A stretch of 64,000 nucleotides of DNA, taken from contig CM074814.1 in the NCBI GenBank assembly GCA_037447605.1, positions 2,294,001 through 2,358,000 of the forward strand, written 5' to 3'. Made by a program: the position numbers and the translations under genes. The notes under the pieces were generated by a model. The model was given only the letters and a program-made list of their open reading frames with translations, ran no database searches and was not told where the DNA came from. The stretch comes from Zygnema circumcarinatum SAG 698-1b. Its lineage: Eukaryota; Plantae; Zygnematophyceae. Each line of letters starts with the position of its first letter. Position 1 is the first letter of the stretch. Shown here piece by piece: positions 37,501 through 55,912 of the stretch.

Positions 37501-40500
37501 GAAGGTTGAGTTACGTGCATCTTGGCTGTATCTCGCAAAGCATTGTTTTATCTGGGGTTTGCAGTGTGTGACCTCTCCCTCCCTTCCCCCCCCCCCCTCT
37601 CCGTCTCTCTCTCTCTCCCCCCGCCCTCCTCTCCCTGCAAGCAGGCATCTGCGGATCTCTTTCCGTGCGAGCTGTCCCAGCAGACAAGGGAAGAAATGGA
37701 GGCAGCGGTAGATGCAGCAGTAGAGGCATGGGGGGAGAATGCACTACCTCAGCTCGAGGCGGAGGACCGCCTCTCCTACGCTTGTGAGAAGGTAACTTCA
37801 CCGAATTTTAGGGCTTGGAAGTTTGGGATTTTCGTTTGTGATGTGAATATGCGGTGTGAAGGCGTAGATGATTTTTTTGAGGGCTGAGGGTATATTTGTG
37901 AGGAGAATCGAATTCGGTTAAGAAGCACAGCGAGTGTTGTCACTTTAATAAATGGAAAAATCGTTTTCGTTTCTGTGAAGATATCTTCAAGATCTTCTTA
38001 GTCTATTCCTCTCTCGTGGTTTAGTTATTCCATTTGATCTGGATGATGTGAGAGCTGAGAGAGGACACATGTCTCCTTGCTCTTTACTGGGGCAGGGTCC
38101 TACTGAAGACCCCGTGATTGGACGGCTCAGAAAGGCTTTCCAGGCAGTGAATGCAGAATATAAGGTGTTCACTGACCGGGAAAAACAGCAGGTTGGAATT
38201 CCCCCCCTTCGCTCCCCCCTTCTCACTTTCTTTCCTTCGTCTTTCCCGCACTCCCCCATCCCATCCCCTCTTCCCTTTCACCTTTTCCCCTCTTCGTGCA
38301 GCTATCCCTTCTCTCCCTCCCTTTCTCTCCCCTCCCACCCCTCCCCTCCTCCACGCCTAATTTTCTCTCGTCCTCTCCTTCCCAAATCCCCCCTCCCTCT
38401 CTCCGTCTCCCATTCTCTCACCTCCCTCTCCCAGCCAGTCCTTCTGACACCTCATGATGATGCAGGTTATTACTGCGGGAGGCCTCCATGTCATCGGAAC
38501 AGAGAGACATGAATCTCGGCGTATTGACAATCAGGTTCTTTTTCTGAACTCTTTAGCTTGTATTTTCCCTGTGGAGGGATCTGTTTTCCTACTTATATGA
38601 GAAGATATGTAATGCTTCAATCTCTACCCCTCTCTCACCACCCTGACACACACACACACACATTGTTTGAGAATGCAGTTAAGAGGACGCAGTGGAAGGC
38701 AAGGAGACCCTGGAAGCTCGAGATTTTTCCTCAGTCTGGAAGACAACATCTTCCGCATTTTTGGAGGCGATAGAGTGAAGGTGAGCCCCCCCTGTATTAT
38801 GCAGAATTTCTCCCTACGTGCTCAGTGCGATTTCTAGAATAGATGAGAATGTCATCCATAATGGACCCTTTTAGACCACTTCCTCAATGGTGGGGCTTGG
38901 AGGGCTTCTTGTTCCCTGACTTCTTGAAGTCAGCTAAAGCGTTTGTGTATTACAAATACCATCATTGGATTTTATTGAACGCGGGCTCGCCTGTTGTCTA
39001 CAAACCTACATACTGAACATTTTAACGCATGTTTGTTGCTGCATTTGTTGGTAAAATTCCCTGCAATGTAATCCCCTGCATTTACAGTAGCTCTGGCATG
39101 TACCTGCCAAATATTCTGAAAGTAATAGAACCTCATTTCGGGTTTTTTTTCTGTAAGATTGCTAGGATTTCTCGTGTGTCATTTTCTTTTTCTTTTTTTA
39201 CTCCTCTCTCTTGACATGCATATCTTGGTTTTAAATATCCGCTCATCCACTTACTTGTTTTCGACTTTTCTTCCCATTTCAGGTCCTGATGAATGCCTTT
39301 CGAGTGGGAGACCTGCCCATTGAGTCGAAAATGCTAACGAAGGCCTTAGATGAGGCTCAGCGGAAGGTGGAAAACTACTTCTTTGATGCACGAAAGCAGC
39401 TCTTTGAATACGACCAAGTGCTGAACAGTCAGAGAGACAGAATCTACTCTGAGAGACTTCGAGCTCTCACTGCCGACTCTTTGGAAGATCTCATGATTGA
39501 GTATGCAGAGCTCACTGTGGATGACATTGTGGGGGTGAGTGCCGCCTTGCCTTCATGAGAAGGAGAGAGCTAAGAGGAGAGGTAGAGGGAGGTAGTTAGG
39601 GCGAGGGAGAGCCCATTTTGCCTTCAATTAGAGAGGGAGAGCTAAGAGGAGAGGTAGAGGGAGGTAGTTAGGGCGAGGGAGAGGCCATTTTGCCTTCAAT
39701 TAGAAAGGCGGCATCGCATCCATTTTCAAAGGTATGTGATGTTTTGTAGGCCTTTGATACCTTTTGAATTTCAAAGTGTTCTTTTAGGGCTCTTCTTTTA
39801 GTCTGAAGTTTAATCAGACTCTAAAGTATTGCAGAGAATTTGAGGTTGGGGATCTGCAGGCAAATGTCGACGCCACCAAACCAAAAGAAACTTGGAAGTT
39901 GGAAGCCCTTTGCGATAAATTGAAGCAGTGAGTGCCAAAGCTAACCCTACTTTCTGGATTTGGTGAAGGAATGACAATTTTCAGGAACCCTAAAATTCAG
40001 AAAACGTGGAATAGAGGACGGCCGTTGGATCTGAGAGGAGAGAAGGAGGAGGGGTCTGCAGGTATTGTCCAGCTATGGAGGATTTGACTCCCGAGCTCCT
40101 ATTGGAGCATTGCGAGAGTGTGGATACGCTCAGGAGTTATCTTCAAGATAGGGGACGGCAGAGCTACTTGCTAAAGCGGGTATGTTACCTTCATTCCAAC
40201 ATCGCTATTTTCGTTTGTTCTCTCCTCTCCCTCGTCTCTTTCCGTATGCTGAAGGGGCTGATAATACTGGAATTGGCTTGAATTTTCAGTTGTTGGGGCT
40301 TCATGACTCGCCTTTTTGGCATTTTCGCACTTCATGGCTTTTTGGATGTTGGGGTCATGAGTTTTACTTTCACAGCTTGCTATGGTCCTTAGAAATTCCA
40401 AAAGTTATTGGAATGTTGATGAAACTTTAAATTGCAAGAAAGCGTAGAACTCCAATTCTGGAAACTCTGAAGACCCCAAAACTCTACCAGCCCTAAAGCG

Positions 40501-41474
40501 TGTATGGGAGCTCAAAAGCAAACCCCCCAAGGGAAGTTTTGGCCTTACTTTTTAACACGGTTCTTTTTCGGTACCCCCTCTCATTCTTTTTTTGTGTTCC
40601 TTTTGTTGGGGGGGCCTCAGAAAGAGACTGAGGAGGTGATGCCGGGGCTGATGAAAGATGCGGAGCGGTTCTTTGTGTTAAGCCAAACGGACAATTTGTG
40701 GAAAGATCATCTCCAGCGCTTGAAATTTATTCAGCAGGCAGTGGGGCTGAGAGGGTATGCTCAAAGGGACCCTCTCATTGAGTACAAGCTGGAGGGGTAC
40801 GAGCTCTTCTTGGAAATGTCGGCTCAGATTCGACGGAATGTCATCTATTCCGTCTATCAGGTGCCTTAACAACCCGAAAGCTTCTTCAAAACTTATTTAA
40901 AATTTATTTAATTTTGTGTGATTGAGTAACTTTACAGGAGTGATTCTAAAAACCCTAAAGACCTGTAACTCTAAAAACCAAACACCCTAAAAGCTCGTAT
41001 AGACTTTTAAGTATGCTAAAATCTATACATTCAGCTTGAACAGAAGGCAAACAGTAAAAAAATGTTTCCTGCTTGTGGGGTCTCCTCGGATATGAATTTG
41101 ATATCGGTATTATCTCCCTTCATTTCTCATGGAAACTACCTTATCAGGTCTCCATACATCATTGATTCTTTCGTCCCTTGTTCCCTCATATTTCATTTCT
41201 GTTCCGGATAGAAGAGATGTTATGCTAGGTCGGGACACTACTTTCTGAGCTCCAAGAAACTGGATGTCCCATGAAGCTGAATTGGAGGCTTTCTTGCCAA
41301 CATTCGTCTTATTTGTATATTCATTTTTGTTTGCCTTTTTTTTTTCAGTTTAAGCCGATGAAAATGAAGGATGCGGAGAAGAGTGAAGCTCAAATTGGGG
41401 CCGCGGCTTTAAAGGAGAACGGAGCGTCGGCAGCCAAAGAAGCGGTGAAGGCAGGGAAGGGGAGAAGGGCCTAG
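31520..41474 (+). CDS. SECA1: Plastid preprotein translocase ATPase SecA1 (thylakoid Sec pathway)
   Basis: 20 GT-AG exons: 31520-32035, 32510-32582, 33373-33579, 33867-33970, 34202-34381, 34950-35168, 35517-35630, 35824-35937, 36251-36418, 36605-36780, 37253-37355, 37645-37791, 38096-38191, 38466-38534, 38679-38780, 39283-39534, 39860-39927, 40062-40179, 40621-40860, 41349-41474. Motifs: [18 protein letters not shown] (Walker A), [81 protein letters not shown]. Long transit peptide. Confidence 0.97.
39547..39704 (+). repeat. 72-bp tandem duplication in a SecA intron
   Basis: gagagctaagaggagaggtagagggaggtagttagggcgagggagag(c/g)ccattttgccttcaattaga at 39565 and 39637. Confidence 0.9.
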
Positions 41475-41914
41475 GGGACGGCTCCAGCAGTTTCCTAGAC
41501 GCTTCTCTGTTCCTTTGTAGAACAGGTCGCGTCTATCGGTGTAAGGATAGGTAGAGTAACGGTTCTTTGTCTTTTTAAATAGAGATCACGTCCTCGGCTC
41601 TTTTCTCTCCGAGCCTAAAAGAAAGCCGTCATGATGAAAACGGCCTTTGTTAGGGCATGCAATGTGGGGTGAGATTGATTGCATACATGTATGTTATGAA
41701 TATACCTTCTGCGGCATGATGTGCACATGAGAGCATGAGGGGGGTCCATGATAGGCTTTCTCCGATGGTGGCCAATAGAGAAAACGTAGGAGGGGGGGCG
41801 TAAGCTTTCCCGTTCGTCGAAGCGGTCCGTTGAAGTGGGCGGGAGGTTAGGGGCACGAGATGCGATTGGTGCAATTGGTCAACGCCCCCCCTATGCGCCG
41901 AAAGTGTTGGGAGA

Positions 41915-42365
41915 AAAAAGGAAGAAGAGGGGGGAGAGGTGAGAGGAGGGAGGAGGATAAGGGAGAGGGGAGCAGAGTGGGGAGGTGAGAGGCGAGGGAG
42001 GATTGAGTAGAGAGCGAGGGTGGAGGAGACGGGAGGTTTGGTGAGCGAGGAAGTGCGGTGATATCAAGAGGATGTAACGGAGGGGGGTCAGATTAAGGAT
42101 GTTGCGGGATTTGTTTGAAGGCGAAGGGAGGGGAGAGGGAAAAGAAGAGTGGGGAGAGGAGAGGGGAGACGGGGGAGGGGGGGGGAAGCTCACGGGCGAG
42201 GGGGAGAAGAGGAGATGAGGGAAGAGGGAAGGACGATGAAGGAGAGGGGAGAGCGAGAGGAGAGAGAAAGAGGAAGTGGGGAGAGGAAAGTAGACAGAGG
42301 GAGGTGAGGAGAGGAGAGGTGAGCGGGGGAAGAGGAGGGGAGACTGGCAGAAGTAGAGAAGCAAT
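41915..42365 (+). repeat. GA-rich polypurine low-complexity region downstream of SecA
   Basis: Long irregular G/A runs that generate spurious ORFs on both strands. Confidence 0.8.
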
Positions 42366-42937
42366 CAAATGATAGAGACGAGGTGACAACAGGCAGGAGG
42401 CGGCGCTATTAAACATCATCATCCATCACACGATCAACACATCGCTGGCCTACAACAGAAAAACAATCCGACGAATGTCACAGTTTGCTTAGTGACAAAT
42501 TAAGTGAAAGCAAGGTGCTACTTTACAGAACTGACCTGCACTACATCACAGAAACCGTCTGAACTTAAATTCCGAATAAATACAAAACTAATCCCCCCAC
42601 TCCCCTCTTCCCCTTCTCTATTGGTCTCCCTGTGATACCAGCGGTCTCCTTAAGACTCGCATCTGCACTGCCTACGCGCTCAAGCCCAAATATTTTTTCT
42701 GCAGAAAAAATTAAAAACAACCGAGAAGGATAGAATCTGGCGAAGACCTTAGCACTTCTCTGAACCCTTTATTCAAAGAGCCCGAACCAATCCCTGAAGA
42801 AGGATCTTCAGACCGTCCTCTCTGTGAGTATCCAATGGCTGCAGATCCGCCATTGAACTGTTTTACTCCCAGAAGGGGCAAGGAGAGAAAGCTGGACGCT
42901 TTCATGCGCCTCTGCAGGAGGTGGCCTGTCCTCCCCC

Positions 42938-42968
<31 letters not shown>

Positions 42969-43028
42969 CTCTCTCACTCTCTCACTCTCTCACATCGTTC
43001 GCTTCCCCCCCTCACTCCCTCACTCCCC

Positions 43029-46305
<3,277 letters not shown>

Positions 46306-46310
46306 GGCGG

Positions 46311-46319
46311 AAACCCTAA
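46311..46319 (+). promoter_or_regulatory. Telo-box AAACCCTAA next to the CDKB start codon
   Basis: Exact AAACCCTAA 6 bp from the ATG at 46305. Confidence 0.45.
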
Positions 46320-46460
46320 AAATCCGCCTCTTACAAGAGCTTCAGCTGAATCTTTTACTCTCACCCAGCCTCTCCCTGTTCCTACGCTCCTCCGCTCTCT
46401 CCTGCCTCTCTCCTCCCTCCTTGTATCTCTATTTCCCTCGCCCCTCCCTCTCTCCTCTGC

Positions 46461-47024
46461 CTCAACGGTCAAATGCTTAAATCTATATTGAATAAGAACA
46501 GGAACCCACTTCGTATATGCTCGGATAACGGTCTGAATGCAAAAAGTTTCGCACCCCAGTTGCTTAAAAAGAAGTTAGATGCCCAGCAACGTTGCTGCCC
46601 TCCCTCCCTTTAAGAAGGCGCTCTGCCCCCATTCAAAAGAAAAAATTCTCCGGGCAGCGCCAGCGGCTGCCAACGGGCAGATCCAAAATTTGGCATTTTC
46701 CCGCGTTCCAACGTCTTCAAAAGAGATCGACGGTTGAAATGGGGTCCGTGAAATCTGTTGATCGGACGCCGGAGGACGATCCGGAACGGTTATAAAAAAA
46801 AGGAAGGCGGCGCCAATCAGAAGCGTTCTTCGCACTTGCGAGAGCCGGCTAGACTCATTTTTACCCCATGTAACCGCATTTTTGGATGTACGGACGGTAC
46901 GGTTTGGGGACAAAATTTTAGGACCGTTGAGCGGTTTTCTCTGCCCATTCAAAATGGGAAAGTTTGCAACCGGCCGGAAACTGGTTTTTGGTTTGCAACT
47001 TGCGGTTTTCGTTTTCAAACGGTC
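46461..47024. promoter_or_regulatory. CDKB promoter: MSA (AACGG) elements plus E2F sites
   Basis: AACGGTC at 46464, 46527, 47018 and on the reverse strand at 46922-46928; AACGGTT at 46785; AACGG at 46672; E2F site TTTCCCGC at 46697-46704 and ATTGGCGC (reverse) at 46810-46817. Confidence 0.6.
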
Positions 47025-47076
47025 GAGCTAAAACTTGGAAAACCGGGTTTTTCGTCACACAAACCCTCGATTTCGC

Positions 47077-47280
47077 CACGTGGGACTGAAACTCTCCAAT
47101 CGTTAGCCGCCACGTGGAACAACTTTCAGCCAGGTCATTACCATTTCGGTTCTGATTGGTGGTTGGGGTCTGACGTGGCGTCAGCCTGTAGGGAAACGTC
47201 TTCACGCTTGCGAACGAACGTCGAGCGGACGATCAAATCTTATGTGGCGTCCACGTGGCGTCCACGTGGTAGACACGTGG
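47077..47280. promoter_or_regulatory. G-box cluster (5 CACGTG plus TGACGTGG)
   Basis: CACGTG at 47077, 47111, 47252, 47263, 47274; TGACGTGGC at 47171. Confidence 0.45.
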
Positions 47281-47579
47281 CGAATATTTTCTAACAATGG
47301 AGAATTGGGAGCGTGACGATTCATCAGTTTTTCGGAACAAACTGAGTTTTTCAGTACGAACTCTATATTCGAAACCGCGCCGTGGGAGGTTTTCGGAACA
47401 TGGGAAGGAAGGGCTTCTGAAAGCGAACTCTGCGGACTTTGCTGCTTTGGAAGGTGCGGGGAACGCAGGGACTGGGGGGGGGGTGGGTCAAACTCAGGAA
47501 GATTAGGGTTCAGAGTTGAAGGTCTTCTGCGAACACTCTTTCAGGATCCAAAATCAGCACAGCATCTACTTCCTTCAAA

Positions 47580-47610
<31 letters not shown>

Positions 47611-48035
47611 TCTCGCCTCTTTCATGAGGCTCATCTTTGGCAAATATCGCCTCACTGTATGCTTTTTGCCACCCGAACAAATTTCCTTGGTTTGGTTTTC
47701 TCCATGATGCTGACTTTGTCCATGTACATTTGATGGCATCATCGCATCGTGAGATCAAATCCTTAGTCTGTAATTAATGATATGTTTTCTACGTTCTACG
47801 TCTATGTTTTCTGTTTTCATGTCACGCTACAAACCCTAAAATCTCTGTAAAAAGCTCAAGGTTCAAGCGGAGGACCCGCCCATCCATGGATTCGTGCTTA
47901 CAGATGGCTCCCCTTTGTTGATCGCTGTCTGTTTCCATTTTTTTAAATGGAAAAGTTTTCAACGGCAAAATTTCCCTAATGGTATTTTAAGCAGAGGTAA
48001 GTTATAGAGGTGTTGTCCTACAGCCGTCGCATCAA

Positions 48036-48418
48036 ATGGGTTCCAGTGATGATGTGGGGTTGCGCATTTCTTCTGCCTACCAACCAGCTTTGTAAGCACT
48101 CTAGGAGGTTGACTTTAGCAAGGGACTAAACCAGCAAGTAGATCATCCCTACACTTTTGGTTATGTTCACAGGTACCGCATTGCAAGCAAGTGTAGTTTC
48201 ACGGTAAGTTTAGACTGCACAGCACTTCACTACATGTGACCATGGAACAGTGTTGTCAATGCCAGTAATGACGAGCGCATTCATGATTGTACCAATGACT
48301 GGAGCGTTGATAATGTCAATAATGTCATTCATATGTCAATCGACTTTATGGACTCAATCGCCCTGTCTGCGCAGGCAGATCACGAGTCGCCCCTTCTGAG
48401 CACACCCTTCATATCAAT
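48036..48418 (+). CDS. Candidate small spliced ORF (hypothetical; 3' end undefined)
   Basis: ATG 48036; exons 48036-48091, 48173-48203, 48375-48418 with GTAAG donors and CAG acceptors join in frame: MGSSDDVGLRISSAYQPALYRIASKCSFTADHESPLLSTPFIS. No family recognised. Confidence 0.3.
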
Positions 48419-49221
48419 GTAAGCAATTCATTGGTTCAAACCAAAACACTGCATACCGACTCCCTCCTCCCTGCTCACATTGTCTCAGTCTCCTACACAC
48501 TCACCCCCCTTTCCCCCTCCCTCTCTTTCTCTCCCTCTCCCCCTCTCTGTTTTGCTATAAGACAAGACGGCCAGTCATAACACAGTCCAGTAACACAGTT
48601 TTCTGGCATTTCAAGACAAACTGTTTCTCAGAGAGAAAAAGAGAGGGAGAGACGCCTCTTAAGCCTCCTACGCCCCACCCCTTGAATGAAATAATGAAAG
48701 AAATCCTGATGATAACTTAGGCACCGAGGATCCCCTGCTGCTTCAGTACCTTCAAATAGAGAGAGGCTTTCAGGTTTTAAGGCAGATAAAATGCTCCTGA
48801 GCACTGTACTCGTCGCCCTTCCTTTCTCATACCTCCTCCTTCCCAACGCTATACAGGACACACTAGTGATAACCATCTGCCTCTTAACTGTATGAGCCCT
48901 CTGGTCTGAGCCCTCAAGCCCTTCATCCCTTACTCTCGATCACACACCCAATTTCCCTGCCTCTCCTCTTCGGCGAATTCAAAAAGTTCCCTCCTTATTA
49001 CGTGAGCGAGCCCACGCATTAGAGCCTTTTAGCTAGTGAGCAGCGATTATTAACAGAGCTCCTACACCGGCACTTCTAGGAAACATATGTAGTCCTCAAT
49101 TTGACTAAATTTGAGTGAGAAGGAAAAAGCACATACGCTAGGCTAGGAAAGGAGTTCCGGAAACCTCTGGAGAAAGAGGACAGGGAGAGCTCCACATGAA
49201 GGCCATCTGAATTTCTCAGCT

Positions 49222-53036
<3,815 letters not shown>

Positions 53037-53769
53037 CTGCAATGCATTACAAAGCAGAAGGGACGTTTGGAAAAAGAGACAAGAATCAATTGAAACAAGC
53101 ACGGAACATGCAACATTTGAGCCCCATTTGCGACACCATTTGAACCACTATTTGAGACAGGAGATCTAAATACATTAAGATCGTTGCGTACAAGGCATTT
53201 GGAAAGAAGCCATTGATTCGGCGGTGAGTAGAAAACATGGACGGACTCAACACCAGATGGATGCAACATGCATGGCGACATGCAGAACGGAGACATCCAT
53301 AGCGATCTTTCCAGAACTTCTCAGTGGAAATCACTTTTTAAGTGAAGCGGACAAAGCCTCCCAGTTTCAGCATATCCGAGCGTTCTCACTGCGGGAAAGG
53401 GCCTCACTGCAGTTCCCGTCATGTTAATGCAGTCAAACTCTCCTGCAAGTGATGATTGAGGATGCCTGCAGAGTATGGCGCAGGGGAAGAAAGGCAAGAT
53501 TACCCCGTGGAAGGAGAGACGACAGGATACTGCCGTCCCTGCCCCATGGTTTCGGGTACTTTACGGAGCTCAAATATCAATCCTCAGCTGCCAAACGCCT
53601 TTCAGCAAGGCAAATCGCGATCTAGAGGTTCCCGCTTCTCCTCTTCCTGCTTCCAACCCTGGCCGCCCTACGGATCCAACAGTCTCCTTGTATTTCGAAA
53701 GTTGGAAACCCTAAAAAAGCTCTCCTGCAGCTAGGGCTCCTATACTCTTTCCTCCCTTCGCCTCTCCCA

Positions 53770-53920
53770 GTCCTCCACTCTCTCCTCCCAACCTCCTCTC
53801 CACTTCTCCCCCCCTTCTCTCACTCTTCCTCTCCCTCTCTCTCCCTCTCCCACTCTCCTCCCCCCTTCTCCCTCCCTCTCCCTCTCCCTCTCCCTCTCCC
53901 TCTCCCTCTCCCTCTCCCTC
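53770..53920. repeat. (CTCTCC)n/CT-rich tract in the probable GH9 5' UTR/promoter
   Basis: Purine-rich on the minus strand, next to a telo-box AAACCCTAA at 53706-53714. Confidence 0.8.
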
Positions 53921-54400
53921 TGCACGTCCAAATGTGGACACGACCTCCGCAGCACAAGCGGCCGTATGACCGCCCGTGACCGTACGGATGGCGGAGGCGG
54001 CGTTTGGTCCATGCATGATCTAAGCCGTTTAAGCGTCCACGTGATATAATCTGAACCTTTTATATGTCCACGTGGCTAACATTTTCCGTCGATTGCGGGA
54101 TGCGCCCGAGCGGCCGTCGGTTCGAACCAGCACGTACAGCGTCTGGCGGGGAAAGCCGTTGGCAACCCAGAAATGTAATAATAATAAAAAATTATTTCCT
54201 TCTGAGTATATTTTTAAAAAATAATATACGCTGCTTTTAAACTATTTTTGGTGGACATTCTCGCGTTGATTGGTCTATGTTTTCTGACAATTGGATTTTA
54301 GTGACTAAAGTTTCGAACTTACCTGCCCGAATCGGACTCGCTGGGCGAAAAAAAAGATTTTTAGGAAAATTTTGATGAAACCTGGCAGAGCCGACATTCT

Positions 54401-54861
54401 GTACGGAACGGGCAGGCCCGTGCAACGGTGAATTTTTCCCGTACAGCACAAAGAATTTGAAATCGAAAGTGGTCCGTACAATGTTTGACAATCACATTGA
54501 CAGTCTAATCACGTTATAGTGACACTGTTTATAAGAACAGCATGGATATACTGACTTTTTTTCCGGGAACGGAATTGCACCACTGCAGATCCTGCGCCAG
54601 TAGTGACGCCATTACGGATATAATGACGTTGAAAAACCCTGATTGTTACTATATATTCAAAATGTCGATATTATCCACCCACGTATTGGAATATGCGTTA
54701 CAAATATATTTACGACCGTACACATTATCGACTAATATCGTCAGATATCGACTTGACCGTACATATCAAGTTGTCCGTACACATGCTCACTAGGGTTCGT
54801 ACACACCCACCCACGTGACGACTGCCCAAAAAGTACAATGTACGGTATCAAAGTCGTACGG
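54401..54861. promoter_or_regulatory. Cluster of CCGTAC/GTACGG motifs (SBP-box-type sites or transposon subterminal repeats)
   Basis: Eight sites at 54401, 54439, 54474, 54716, 54757, 54775, 54840, 54856. Confidence 0.4.
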
Positions 54862-55157
54862 ATATATCGCAAAAACATATGTAATAACATTGTTACTATA
54901 AATGTGAAATGACAAACGGGTCATTACCGATATAGTGACACAAATGTGTGGGGACCGACATGGACACTATAACGTGATTAGACTGTATATAGAAAATTCC
55001 AGTGTAGCGTGAACTGCTAGCTGGGACAAGGAACGTCAAAACGCTGCAGCGTAGTGTGCAACAGCCGTCAGCTTCGAAATATTTCTAACCATTTTTCATA
55101 GTGTGAACATTTGCTGTCATCCGTACTTTTATGTCGGAAACCGACGACTCATACTTT

Positions 55158-55278
55158 GACGCGTGGCAGCAAGCGGTGCATGCGATCCGGCGCCACGTGT
55201 GCAGGACCGTCAGCGGGTGCTGTGCAGTTGACACGTTTAAAATCTGACGTGGAAGCAGTAGTCCTGCAGACACGTGGC
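55158..55278. promoter_or_regulatory. ABRE/G-box/CE3-like cluster upstream of TSPO
   Basis: GACGCGTGGC at 55158, CACGTG at 55194, GACACGTT at 55230, TGACGTGG at 55245, GACACGTGGC at 55269. Confidence 0.5.
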
Positions 55279-55668
55279 ACCGCGGGAGCGGTCCTGCAGG
55301 TCAAGGTCGGCCTCGGTGAGTCTAGAAATGGCCGCCAGTTTTAAACCCAATGCGGTCCATGCATGTGGCGGACCAATTTTGTAAATTTGTTTCCTCCCGT
55401 TCTCCAATGGCTTTCAGCTGAAATGTTCTGGGACCTTGATTTGCAATATTTTTGGGACGCGATTCGAATCACGAGTGTCCATATATATATATATATATCT
55501 ATATATACTATATATTTTTTTTTCACTCTTACTTTTAAAAATTTCCCACTTCCGTTTGGAGGCTTCCGAATTTGGGTTTGGAAGTTCCAAAATTTGGAGC
55601 TTCAAAACTCGCTCGAGAGAGTCTGCTCCTTGCAAGCCCTGGAGTGCACTGCTGCTGGAAAGAGAGAG

Positions 55669-55672
<4 letters not shown>

Positions 55673-55721
<49 letters not shown>
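55673..55721 (+). repeat. (GA)n microsatellite in the TSPO 5' region
   Basis: About 24 units. Confidence 0.9.
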
Positions 55722-55724
<3 letters not shown>

Positions 55725-55912
55725 GGAAAAGCTAAAAGCCGAAGCTGACAGTAAAAGCTTCTATTAAGCATCTCCCTTTGCTTTCCTTATCGCTGCAGTT
55801 GTCAGGGCGATATTGAATAGTCAAATTTGTGATAACGGATTGTAGGAAGGCAAGAGATTGCAGTTCTCCATTTTCTGCAATTCTTGGTACTCACATACGG
55901 TAGGAGAGCGTG

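Noticed and set aside
48046-48052. Box C (GTGATGA) of a possible C/D snoRNA
   Set aside because: No suitably placed box D with terminal stem, and no recognisable rRNA-antisense element.
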